The position numbers and the translations under genes are program-made. From NCBI GenBank assembly GCA_963796685.1, contig CAWCMR010000025.1, positions 1,760,001 to 1,824,000 of the forward strand: a DNA stretch of 64,000 bases. Reading direction: 5' to 3'. Position 1 is the first letter of the stretch; each line of letters opens with the position of its first letter. This stretch comes from an uncultured delta proteobacterium (GTDB taxonomy: Bacteria > Myxococcota_A > Polyangia > Fen-1088). Of the stretch, positions 29,233 through 38,126 are shown piece by piece. The notes beneath the pieces were generated by a model. The model saw only the letters and a list, made by a program, of their open reading frames with translations, was not told where the DNA came from and made no database searches.

Positions 29233-31376
29233 TGAATCGCTCGTGCGCCTCTGGCGTGTCTCGGGGTTGCGGTGGCTACCTGATCACCATGTGCGCCTTG
29301 CTGGGTCTCGCCGCCTGTTTCCGCAGCCCGGATCTTTCAAAGATCATCTGCACGAGCAACGAAACCTGCCCTGCGGGCTACGCTTGCGAGCGCTTTGTGG
29401 GGAACCCCTCACAGGGAAAGTGCGTACGGCCTGCTTCCACCCAACCCGTCGATGCAATGGGTGCGGAGACCGGGGCTGTCGATCAGGTTGGGGCGGAAGA
29501 CGCAGCGACTATCACGATTGACCCCGGTCAAGTGGACGGAGGTGGCTCCAAGCCCGACAGTGCCCAGGAATCGCCACCTCAGGGCCAAGACGGGGCGACC
29601 GATTCATCTCTTGACGTACCTTTGCCACCTCCAGACCTATCGCTGCCCTCTCTTGACCTTGCATGCAGCCTTGGCGCGTTGAGATGCAATGGCCTGCAAC
29701 CTCAGACCTGCACCGTAGCAGGAACCTGGCAAGACCAGGGGACTGCCTGCCCCTACGTCTGCTCCGCTGCCACGGGTACCTGCACGGGCGCATGCGCTCC
29801 CGGGAGTAAACAGTGCAACGGGCTGCAACCGCAAATCTGTGACAGCGCGGGAGGCTGGCAGAACACGGGCGATGTGTGCGCCAGTGTCTGCAACAACACG
29901 ACCGGAAGCTGCACTGGCTCTTGCACGTCGGGCGCCAAGCAATGCAATGGCATGCAGCCGCAAACCTGCGACACGGCCGGGGTCTGGCAGAACGCGGGAA
30001 CACCGTGTCCCTTCGTCTGTGATGGTACCATCGGGTCCTGTACCGGCACCTGTGTGCCCGGGCAGAAGCAGTGCAGCGGCTCACAACCACAGCTTTGCAG
30101 CGCGAGCGGTGTCTGGCAGACCAACGGAGCCCCTTGCGCTGCCAGTGCGTGCAACGGAGGCGCATGCACAGGTTCCTGCACACCGAATTCTCTGCAATGT
30201 AACGGTCCTCAGCCGCAGGTCTGCGACGCGAGCGGCGTCTGGCAGAATAGCGGAGCCTCGTGTCAGTACGTCTGCAGCAGCGGCACGTGCACCGGTTCCT
30301 GTAGCCCCGGAAGCAAGCAGTGCAACCTCCTGCAGCCCCAGACCTGTGACACAACCGGAACCTGGCAGAATACTGGCACCGCCTGCCCCTACGTGTGTAG
30401 CGTGGGCGTCTGCACCGGGTCCTGTACACCGGGGAACAAGCAGTGCAACCTCCTGCAGCCCCAAACTTGTGACGCCACGGGTGCGTGGCAGAACACCGGA
30501 AGCGTGTGTTCCTATGTCTGCTCGGCCGGAACCTGTACGGGTTCCTGCATTCCTACTGACAAGCAATGCTCCGGGTTCCAGCCGCAGGTGTGCGACTCGA
30601 CGGGCACTTGGCAAAACAACGGCCTGGCGTGCAGCGGAAGCTGCCAGAACTGTTCTGCGGGCGCCTGCACAGTGGTCAGCGGGACGCCTCCGGCGGGGCA
30701 TTCATGCAGCGGCGCCAGCACCACTTGCGGCGGATACTGCAACGGTTCCAGTACCTCCTGCACATATCCGACTTCCAGCACCTCCTGCGGCTCGGTGACC
30801 TGTAACAGCGCCGGCGACACTGCTCAGCATTTGGCGTGCAATAGCGCAGGTAGCTGTTCGACCACCGTTTCGCAATTCTGCAACGGTTTCCCTTGCGTCG
30901 TCGGCTCCGGCGGCTGCGCAACAGTCTGTACCGCTGGAAGCATTAGCGGCTGCGCGCTCGGCTATCGGTGTTCTGGAGGCAATTCGTGCGTTGCGGCATC
31001 CGTGCCCTGTGGCAGTGCGGGGTCGTGCTCAACCGCGGGTGCTGGCGGCTGCTGTACCGTCGGCGGCTTCTCGTGCAAGGATAGCTTCTTGAGCTGTACG
31101 GGCGGGAACGACTACAGCTTCGCGCCTTGCAGGAGTTCGAGCCAGTGTTTTCCGTCCCAGAACTGCTGCGTGGTCGGCAACAATTTCGCCGCTAGTACCG
31201 GTGGTTGGACGATTGACTGTACCTATAGTGGTTGCGCCGGCGGCTCGTACAGCAGTGCCTACTATATGTGCGACCCCGCCCTCTCGTCCATGGACTGCCC
31301 GTCTGGCATGACCTGCCAGAGTGGGCTCCTCGCTATTTGGAATGGATTGAATTGGGAAATGCACAGGGAAGTCTGA
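29232..31376 (+). CDS. Cys-rich repeat lipoprotein, C-terminus replaced by ISL3 insertion
   Basis: LAAC lipobox and 8 tandem ~42-aa six-Cys repeats (C.PG.KQCNG.QPQ.CD..G.WQN.G..C...C...C). The original tail AAFFTALPGSYVCQ* is at 32738-32782. Confidence 0.8.
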   Translation: MNRSCASGVSRGCGGYLITMCALLGLAACFRSPDLSKIICTSNETCPAGYACERFVGNPSQGKCVRPASTQPVDAMGAETGAVDQVGAEDAATITIDPGQVDGGGSKPDSAQESPPQGQDGATDSSLDVPLPPPDLSLPSLDLACSLGALRCNGLQPQTCTVAGTWQDQGTACPYVCSAATGTCTGACAPGSKQCNGLQPQICDSAGGWQNTGDVCASVCNNTTGSCTGSCTSGAKQCNGMQPQTCDTAGVWQNAGTPCPFVCDGTIGSCTGTCVPGQKQCSGSQPQLCSASGVWQTNGAPCAASACNGGACTGSCTPNSLQCNGPQPQVCDASGVWQNSGASCQYVCSSGTCTGSCSPGSKQCNLLQPQTCDTTGTWQNTGTACPYVCSVGVCTGSCTPGNKQCNLLQPQTCDATGAWQNTGSVCSYVCSAGTCTGSCIPTDKQCSGFQPQVCDSTGTWQNNGLACSGSCQNCSAGACTVVSGTPPAGHSCSGASTTCGGYCNGSSTSCTYPTSSTSCGSVTCNSAGDTAQHLACNSAGSCSTTVSQFCNGFPCVVGSGGCATVCTAGSISGCALGYRCSGGNSCVAASVPCGSAGSCSTAGAGGCCTVGGFSCKDSFLSCTGGNDYSFAPCRSSSQCFPSQNCCVVGNNFAASTGGWTIDCTYSGCAGGSYSSAYYMCDPALSSMDCPSGMTCQSGLLAIWNGLNWEMHREV

Positions 31377-32730
31377 AGTCCAGTTTTGACAGCAGCAGAT
31401 AAATCAGGCTCCTCGCTATTTGGAATGGATTGAATTGGGAAATGCACAGGGAAGTCTGAAGTCCAGTTTTGACAGCAGCAGATAAATCACAGTCTTCATT
31501 TTGCGCGCGGAGCGAAAGCCACGCGCCCGCGCCTTGGCCGCCTGGATGAGGCTGTTGAGTCCTTCCAAGAGACCATTCGTCAGGCCTGACATGAACCATC
31601 TCATCACGCCTGCCTGGTGCGCCTTGAGGGTCTTGGCGGCCCTGATGACGGGTTCCAATCGGCTATGGGTGGCCCAGAAATACCAGCGCTGAAACCACGC
31701 CTCCGCTTCATCCGCACTCAGGCTATACAACTCCTGTAGCATGAGCTTGATGTGGTAGGCCCGCGCAGTGGCCAATTTGGAGGAGCGCAAGACCGCGAAG
31801 TGCTCCCTGTTCTCGGATTTGATGTTGGCCTCGTTCCTCAGCCAGTCGTGGCGCGTGCCCTTCAACTCCGGAGAGGACTTCTGCTCCTGCCTTCGCACCT
31901 CATCGATTGCGTCGTTCATGAGTTGGATGACATGGAACCTGTCGAAGGTTAGGTGCGCCGCCGGAAACGTCTCCAAGATGCCCTTGATGAATGCCTGCGA
32001 CATGTCGAGACTGAAGTCCGTCACCTTCTTCACGTCTCCACCGTGAGCGAGCAGATCGTCCTTGAAACAAGCCACCGTGCCGTGATCTTTCCCCTCCGTG
32101 ACGAACAAGACTTTCGCCGCAACCATGTCGGCAAAGACCGTGACATAGACGTGGTTCTTCTGCCGCGAAGTCTCGTCGACGCCAACCTCGGCGACCTGGC
32201 TGTAGTCGGCTCGCTCACGGGCCTCGTCCACGTAGTGTTCCAGGATGCGCCACAGGAGCGTGTCATGCTCGCCGACGATGCGACCGACCGCCGCCACCGT
32301 GAGGCCGTTGCGTGCCAGTTCCACCACCATCGCCTCGAAGAGAAGGGTGAAGTTCGACCCGCCACGAGCCCATGGCACATCGACCGTCAAGACGCCGTGC
32401 TTGTCACACTTGGTTCGAGGTTGTCTTGCCTCGACATAGGTGAGGTACTGGAAGAAGTTCAGGTGTCGCCATGTCTGCGGCGAGGCATCGTGTACCTTGC
32501 AAGCATCGCCACACGTAGGGCAAGGGAAGGTGCTCCCCGGCTTGAAGTCGACTTTGATGTCGAGGCGCTTCTTCTCGGCGTCAAGGTTCAGCTCTACGAC
32601 CTCCCATGGATTGACCATGCCGAGAGCCACTGTAAAAAGCGCATTGACGTCAAGACCAGAACTTGGATTTTGCACCACGGAAGATTAGCGGAACAACCAA
32701 CCTCGCGTCCATTTTAGACAGCGAGGAGCC
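31324..32730 (-). mobile_element. ISL3-family insertion sequence with an 83-bp duplicated right end
   Basis: IRs GGCTCCTCGCTATTTGGAATGGA / GGCTCCTCGCTGTCTAAAATGGA. 8-bp TSD CCAGAGTG at 31316-31323 and 32731-32738. 31324-31406 is identical to 31407-31489. Confidence 0.93.
31416..32678 (-). CDS. ISL3-family DDE transposase
   Basis: CPTC zinc finger, WRHL, GVDETS, SLDMS, FDRFH and NGLLEGLNS..Q..K..ARGFR motifs. Confidence 0.95.
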   Translation of the reverse strand: MVQNPSSGLDVNALFTVALGMVNPWEVVELNLDAEKKRLDIKVDFKPGSTFPCPTCGDACKVHDASPQTWRHLNFFQYLTYVEARQPRTKCDKHGVLTVDVPWARGGSNFTLLFEAMVVELARNGLTVAAVGRIVGEHDTLLWRILEHYVDEARERADYSQVAEVGVDETSRQKNHVYVTVFADMVAAKVLFVTEGKDHGTVACFKDDLLAHGGDVKKVTDFSLDMSQAFIKGILETFPAAHLTFDRFHVIQLMNDAIDEVRRQEQKSSPELKGTRHDWLRNEANIKSENREHFAVLRSSKLATARAYHIKLMLQELYSLSADEAEAWFQRWYFWATHSRLEPVIRAAKTLKAHQAGVMRWFMSGLTNGLLEGLNSLIQAAKARARGFRSARKMKTVIYLLLSKLDFRLPCAFPNSIHSK

Positions 32731-33454
32731 CCAGAGTGCTGCCTTCTTCACTGCTCTTCCGGGCAGCTACGTATGCCAGTAGTACCAGCCATTTGATATC
32801 GCCAACCCATCGTCTGGCAGATTGTGATCCAAGCGTCCAGCTAGCTCTCGAAGGCCAGTTCACTCGACCATTTCTCTATTTCTTGCATATGAACCCGAGT
32901 TTTCCCTCGGATTGGGCCGAGCCTTGGAGCAAAGCCACCGCGCCTGGCGCATGCTGGCTGCAACCTGCGTCCATCAGGTCGAGCTGCCAGACAACATCGA
33001 GAATCTCGCCTCACGCCCTCCTCGAGGAGGTATCAGAATGAGAGCTACATCCTCAGGTTTTTGCTTTGGCGCAGGCGTTGCTGGGTCGTGCGATGGAATC
33101 TTCGTATGGCCACGATTTGTTCGACGCAGCGTTCCTGGTTGAAAACGTGAAAACGCACGCAGGGTCCTTCGTGTCTATGAAGAGATCCGAGGATATGGAA
33201 ACACATTTTCACGTAGTTGCCCGAAAGGCATGCCTTTCTGGCCGCGCGCTCTTGTGCTTGACGGTTAGAGGCTTGCGCTGTTCCGGAGACGAACAGGCGA
33301 GGCGAGAAGCATTGGGGCTATTGCACCGAGGCTGGCATGGGGGCGGCTTTCGACCACGGGCGTCGCTTGCTGCGATGGCAAGGACCTCGTCCCCTCGAGC
33401 GATTCCAGAACATGATCGAGCGTCACCGGTCCTGCATCATCGCGGGCCAAGCTC

Positions 33455-34912
33455 CAATGCCGATCGGTTAGCGCGTAAGTGATCGAAATTGATCAGGAAT
33501 TCCTGTGGATAACTTCGCTTCTTGCCTTTAGGCAAGAAGCGAAGTCACCATGCATCGATCTTCGATGGAGAAGGTCATGCATCTGGATAGTTCCCTCAAG
33601 ACGGTAAGCGTATTCACGGCGCCCGAGCAGTTCGAGAGCATCAGGCAGCACATTGACCCTGCGTGGGTGGCCGAGGCTCTGGCGGCGACTGGAACAGCCA
33701 CGGTGCGAAAGCGACGGCTTCCGGCCGACCAGGTGGTGTGGCTGGTGATTGGAATGGCCATGTTTCGGAAGTGGCCTATTGCGGACTTGGTTGGGAAGCT
33801 GAATTTGGTTCTGCCTGGACCACGAGCAACGGTTGTTCCCAGCACGGTCGCTGAGGCTCGGGCGCGCGTTGGTGCCGAGCCGCTGGAACGGATCTTCGAG
33901 ATGAGCGCTCAGAAGTGGGGCCACGAGAGCGCGCGCAAGCACGCATGGAGAGGCCTGGCGCTCTACGGTGTGGATGGGTCCACGCTTCGCGTGGCAGACT
34001 CTCCGGAAAATCGCGCTCATTTCGGTGGAACCCGAGGCGACCGAGGCGACAGTGGCTATCCGCTGGTTCGAATCGCCGCGTTGATGGCGTTGCGTTCGCA
34101 CATTCTGGTGGCCGCCGAATTCGGCCCCTACGAAGACAGTGAAATCACGCTGAGCGCGTTTCTGTGGCGAGCCGTGCCGGACAATGCGCTGGTGATGGTC
34201 GACCGCGGCTTCCTGGCAGCCGGAATCCTGGTGCCGCTGGCCCGCGATGGAAAGAATCGCCATTGGCTGACTCGCGCCAAGTCGACCACAAAATGGCGCG
34301 TCGTGGAGCACCTCGGGAAGAACGACGACCTGGTCGAGTTGACGGTTTCGCGCGAGGCGCGAAAGCAGGACCCAAGTTTGCCAGCGACCTATCTGGCACG
34401 TGCGATCACCTACCAGGTGAAGGGATTCCGTCCTCAGATCGTGCTCACCTCGATGCTCGACCCCGACGCCTTCCCCGCTGCCGAGGTCGCCCGCCTTTAT
34501 CACGAGCGCTGGGAGCTGGAACTGGGCTATGGCGAAATCAAGACCGATATGCTCGACCGTCTCGAAAGCATCCGCTGCCGCAGCGTCGCTGGCGTCGAGC
34601 AGGAATTGTGGGGCATTCTTCTCGCGTACAACTTGATTCGCCTCGAAATGGAAAGGACTGCCGACGATTTCGGCGTCGAGCCCACCCGCATCAGCTTCGT
34701 CACGTCACTTCGGATCATCTGTGACACCTGGTCATGGTGTGCGCTCGCCTCGCCCGGCGCTTTGCCTACTCGCCTCAAGACCATGCGAGAGCTCTTCACC
34801 AGCCTTGTTCTCCCAGAGCGGCGCACGGCCCGCAGATATCCACGGGCCGTGAAGATCAAAATGAGCAATTTCCCGAGAAAACGGCCTTCAAATGCTTAAC
34901 CGACTGGCATTG
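33455..34912 (+). mobile_element. IS4-family insertion sequence
   Basis: Imperfect IRs CAATGCCGATCGGTTA (33455) and CAATGCCAGTCGGTTA (reverse strand from 34912); the flanks are not identical. Confidence 0.85.
33550..34899 (+). CDS. IS4-family transposase
   Basis: RKRRLPA, GVDGS, VDRGF, YHERWELELGYGEIK (YREK) and YPRAVK motifs. Confidence 0.95.
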   Translation: MHRSSMEKVMHLDSSLKTVSVFTAPEQFESIRQHIDPAWVAEALAATGTATVRKRRLPADQVVWLVIGMAMFRKWPIADLVGKLNLVLPGPRATVVPSTVAEARARVGAEPLERIFEMSAQKWGHESARKHAWRGLALYGVDGSTLRVADSPENRAHFGGTRGDRGDSGYPLVRIAALMALRSHILVAAEFGPYEDSEITLSAFLWRAVPDNALVMVDRGFLAAGILVPLARDGKNRHWLTRAKSTTKWRVVEHLGKNDDLVELTVSREARKQDPSLPATYLARAITYQVKGFRPQIVLTSMLDPDAFPAAEVARLYHERWELELGYGEIKTDMLDRLESIRCRSVAGVEQELWGILLAYNLIRLEMERTADDFGVEPTRISFVTSLRIICDTWSWCALASPGALPTRLKTMRELFTSLVLPERRTARRYPRAVKIKMSNFPRKRPSNA

Positions 34913-35757
34913 TGCCTAGCACGGTCTCTCGAAAGCCGTCCTCGAAGGCAACAATTCATGTATGGGCGGCCTCGCAGGCGCGGCAAAATCCCTTGCGTCT
35001 ATCGGATCCTTGGCCGCTCACCAGAAGTAGGCCACCCTTGCTCGCCAAAAGGGAGCCACCCTCAGAACACGATTTGAACCAGGAACGCAAACCCGCAGGA
35101 CGGAATCCGGGCTTGGAAGAGCGTCCGCCCTTCGGATTCGCCGACAAAGATCCTTGGAATGAGGGTGCAAGGAGCACGCGAAGGTGCTGTCACCACGGAT
35201 GCACCAGCCGGGCTCCCCGAGAGAGAGGCCCTGCCGGCCCGAGGCACCCCCGCTGTCATGCGATTTGGTGGCGCAGGCTAACCCAGGAACGCCTCGCACC
35301 GGCTCGGGCTTCAGAGAGAGCCATAGGCTCTGGCTGGGCACGTGCCGGGACATCAGCCTCGCCGTCGCGGCTGATGGCCACCACGCAGAGGTCAAGCACC
35401 CGCCACGCAAAAACTGCGAAGCGCGCGTATGCCTGATTTGTTCGAGCACGAGCCGAGGCTCTTGCTCGTGGCCGGGGGTGCGGGCATCGCACTCGTTGGC
35501 GCGCGCCAACGAGCCCTCTCCCCGCACCCAATAGCCGGAGTAGCAATCCTCCATTTGCCCCTGCTTCGTCAAGCAAAAATCCAACAGTGCCGAATCTTTG
35601 CTAAGCGGCGATGTGCTGCAATCTGCGCCACCTGGCTCCCTTTTGGCGAGCAGACCCGGACTACTTTTCGAGAGCGGCTAAGATCGGATCTGGCCATTGC
35701 GGTATCCTGTGGCCGAAGCGCCTGCTCAGCATGTGGATTTGGAGGGTGCGCAGACGC

Positions 35758-35796
35758 AAAAAGGGCCGCGAGGATGCGATCCGCGCGGCCCCTTTT
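35758..35796 (-). terminator. Intrinsic terminator, possibly bidirectional
   Basis: AAAAAGGGCCGCG...CGCGGCCCCTTTT stem flanked by A/T runs, 15 bp after the 35811 stop. Confidence 0.75.
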
Positions 35797-35810
35797 CTAG
35801 CGGAAGTCGG

Positions 35811-37751
35811 CTACTGAACTACGCAGGTGAACGTCTCCTGAAGACCCTTTGCATCGCCGCCGCTCCAGATCTCAAAGCCAGCGAACACGTCGGTCAGGTA
35901 CCAACTGCTGGAAAAAGCCTGAGTGATGCCATTTGCAGTGTCCGCCTTGCTCACGGCATCATCAACGAAGTTCTTCAGGTCGAACGTGAGGCTGGTAACC
36001 GGTGAATCCTGCGCAACGTACGAAATGACAGGCCTCGTAGCCACATCCGTACCTTTTGCGGTTGTATTCCGAGTGCCTGCCCAGACATCCCAGTTGTGCC
36101 CGGCAATTCCTGTTGCTGTGCGCACTTTGGTGCCGATGGGTTGCGCGCTTCCTGGCTTATAAAGCCAGACCATGAGCAGACCAGAAACGCCATCGTCGTA
36201 CCCCCCCTCGGCGGGTGGTGTCTTGGCGAACCAAACGTCGTAGGCTGCGTTGTAGTTGCCTCCGCTGGTACCACCAGACCACTTGAACGAGGTCTGGACG
36301 CTCTTCATGGCGCCGATTTGCTTCGGCAAGCCGCTGTCACTCCATGTGCTGGTTGTTCCGCCAGTGATCTGCCCGTTACCGCCAATATAGATCGACGGAA
36401 ACGATACGACGTTGGCGCCGCCGCCGCTGCCGCTGGTGACCGTGTCCGTGAAGCTGTTGCCCACGTAGCTGAGGGATTGATAGGTGGTAGTCTCATTGCC
36501 CCAGTTGTTGTTGTTAATGATGTACTTCTTACAGTCGGTTCCGGTGACGGCCGCACGCTGAGTGGACGCGGCCGTGGCTGCCGTCGCGTCAGAGAGAAGC
36601 GAAGTGGTGCCAACGGTGCCGGTGGTCGTGCCACAACTGCCCGAGCCACCAGGCGCATCCGCTTTGCTGGTGCCGGGAGCGAAGCCGGTAATGGTGAAAT
36701 CGAAAGGCGCCTTCGCGGTGGTCGTGCCAGGCACAAGGAAGACCACGGCGTCGATGGGCTGGCCAGCGTAGGGCGTGCCGGGATCCTGGCCAGAGACTCC
36801 AACATACCAACATGATGGGTAGAAGTCCGAGAACTTGACGAAGCTCGGTCCCGCCGCATCTGTAATCGTCGCACACCAGCGATCAGTCGCATCGGTGGCG
36901 CCATTGACGCCTTGAATCTGGATGCGGAATGAGGTGACCGGCGCTACCTTGGCGCTCCAGCTGACCGCGATGCCAGTCGCCGAGCCCGGAATGGTCGCCA
37001 CGGGCGGTCCTTCTGCATTCGCGGCGGCCGGGTCGTATTTGCACTGGTCGCTCTTGCCGTTGGTGGTCTCGTTCAAATTGAAGCCCAGCATCGCTACCGC
37101 GTTGTAGTCATTGAAGACCGTACCGCTTACCTCGTACGGACCGCCTTCCTTCGTGGCAGCTGTAAAATCTTTCGGCGTAATGCTTGTGGTGCTACCGGAA
37201 ACCGTACTGTCGATGCCAGTCCATACGCAACCGTGCCAATCCGCGGAGGTGACGTTCCAATCTTTGGTCATGTAATATCCTGCAGGATTGCTGCCGCCCG
37301 CGCTCGATCCGCCGGAGCTGCCGCCGGAGCCGGTGCCAGCCGCACCACCCGATCCGCTGCCGGCTGCGCCACCCGAGCCGCTGCCGCCGGAACCGCTGCC
37401 GCTTGCGCCGCCAGCGCTGCCACCGGAGCCGCTGCCGCCGGAGCCGTTGCCGCCGGAGCCGCCCTTGGCAGAGGTGCCGCCCGAGCCGTTACCGCCGGAG
37501 CCGTTGCCGCCGGAGCCGCCCTTGGCGGAGGTGCCGCCCGAGCCGCTTCCGCCCGAGCCATTACCGCCGCTGCCGCCGTTGCCCTTGCCTCCAGAGCCGC
37601 CGGCGGGGGTCACGGCCGCGGGTGCGCAGGCGATCAGCGCGAAGGCCAGGCTTCCCGCGAGGAGGGCTCGTGGCGCCAAGTGACGGGTTGTCGGGTTGCT
37701 AGCCGATCGGCCAGAATCTAGTCGAGCGGCACGGGAATTGGTCGAGAGCAT
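35811..37751 (-). CDS. Lipoprotein: Gly/Ser linker + CBM-like beta domain + GH12-like domain
   Basis: LIAC lipobox and GGAGG RBS. GH12 motifs YIINNNNWG, SFPSIYIG, YNAAYDVWF, LMVWL and WYL..V.AGFEIW.GG. Confidence 0.82.
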   Translation of the reverse strand: MLSTNSRAARLDSGRSASNPTTRHLAPRALLAGSLAFALIACAPAAVTPAGGSGGKGNGGSGGNGSGGSGSGGTSAKGGSGGNGSGGNGSGGTSAKGGSGGNGSGGSGSGGSAGGASGSGSGGSGSGGAAGSGSGGAAGTGSGGSSGGSSAGGSNPAGYYMTKDWNVTSADWHGCVWTGIDSTVSGSTTSITPKDFTAATKEGGPYEVSGTVFNDYNAVAMLGFNLNETTNGKSDQCKYDPAAANAEGPPVATIPGSATGIAVSWSAKVAPVTSFRIQIQGVNGATDATDRWCATITDAAGPSFVKFSDFYPSCWYVGVSGQDPGTPYAGQPIDAVVFLVPGTTTAKAPFDFTITGFAPGTSKADAPGGSGSCGTTTGTVGTTSLLSDATAATAASTQRAAVTGTDCKKYIINNNNWGNETTTYQSLSYVGNSFTDTVTSGSGGGANVVSFPSIYIGGNGQITGGTTSTWSDSGLPKQIGAMKSVQTSFKWSGGTSGGNYNAAYDVWFAKTPPAEGGYDDGVSGLLMVWLYKPGSAQPIGTKVRTATGIAGHNWDVWAGTRNTTAKGTDVATRPVISYVAQDSPVTSLTFDLKNFVDDAVSKADTANGITQAFSSSWYLTDVFAGFEIWSGGDAKGLQETFTCVVQ

Positions 37752-38126
37752 GGACTACCTCCAGGGGGCGGATGAGGGGCGCGCACTTATACCCCAGGAG
37801 CGGGCCCTTGAACTTCCTAAATTGAGCACTTGATGCAGTATGGTGCGAGCGATCTCGCGCACAGGTGGTCACGGACGGGATGTACTGCCGGATCAAACAC
37901 CTGAGCCGCCGTAGATGCGAAAGGCACTGATTGAAGCAGGTCGTATACTTCTTTCTCTTCTTTGGTCGGTGGGCGTTGCACGGGCAAGATCGACTCGTCC
38001 TGGAGGCCGCAAGTGAATCATTTTGGGTTGATATGGAAAGGCTGGGAGGGTTTCCATGCCGGAGGCTCCTGCCCGACCGCCACCATCCCGCTCGCTTCGC
38101 TCGGCCTCGCGCGATGGTACGCGCCG

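Noticed and set aside
32783-33454. Short ORFs between the two IS elements
   Set aside because: No recognisable motifs or typical codon bias; probably debris.
31324-34912. Composite transposon
   Set aside because: The elements belong to different families and the ISL3 has its own TSD.
34913-35750. ORFs or ncRNA downstream of the IS4
   Set aside because: No recognisable domain or structured RNA motif by eye.
37290-37600. Pro-rich ORFs (PEPLP repeats), also 58..342 and 1676..2281
   Set aside because: Antisense readings of Gly/Ser linkers.
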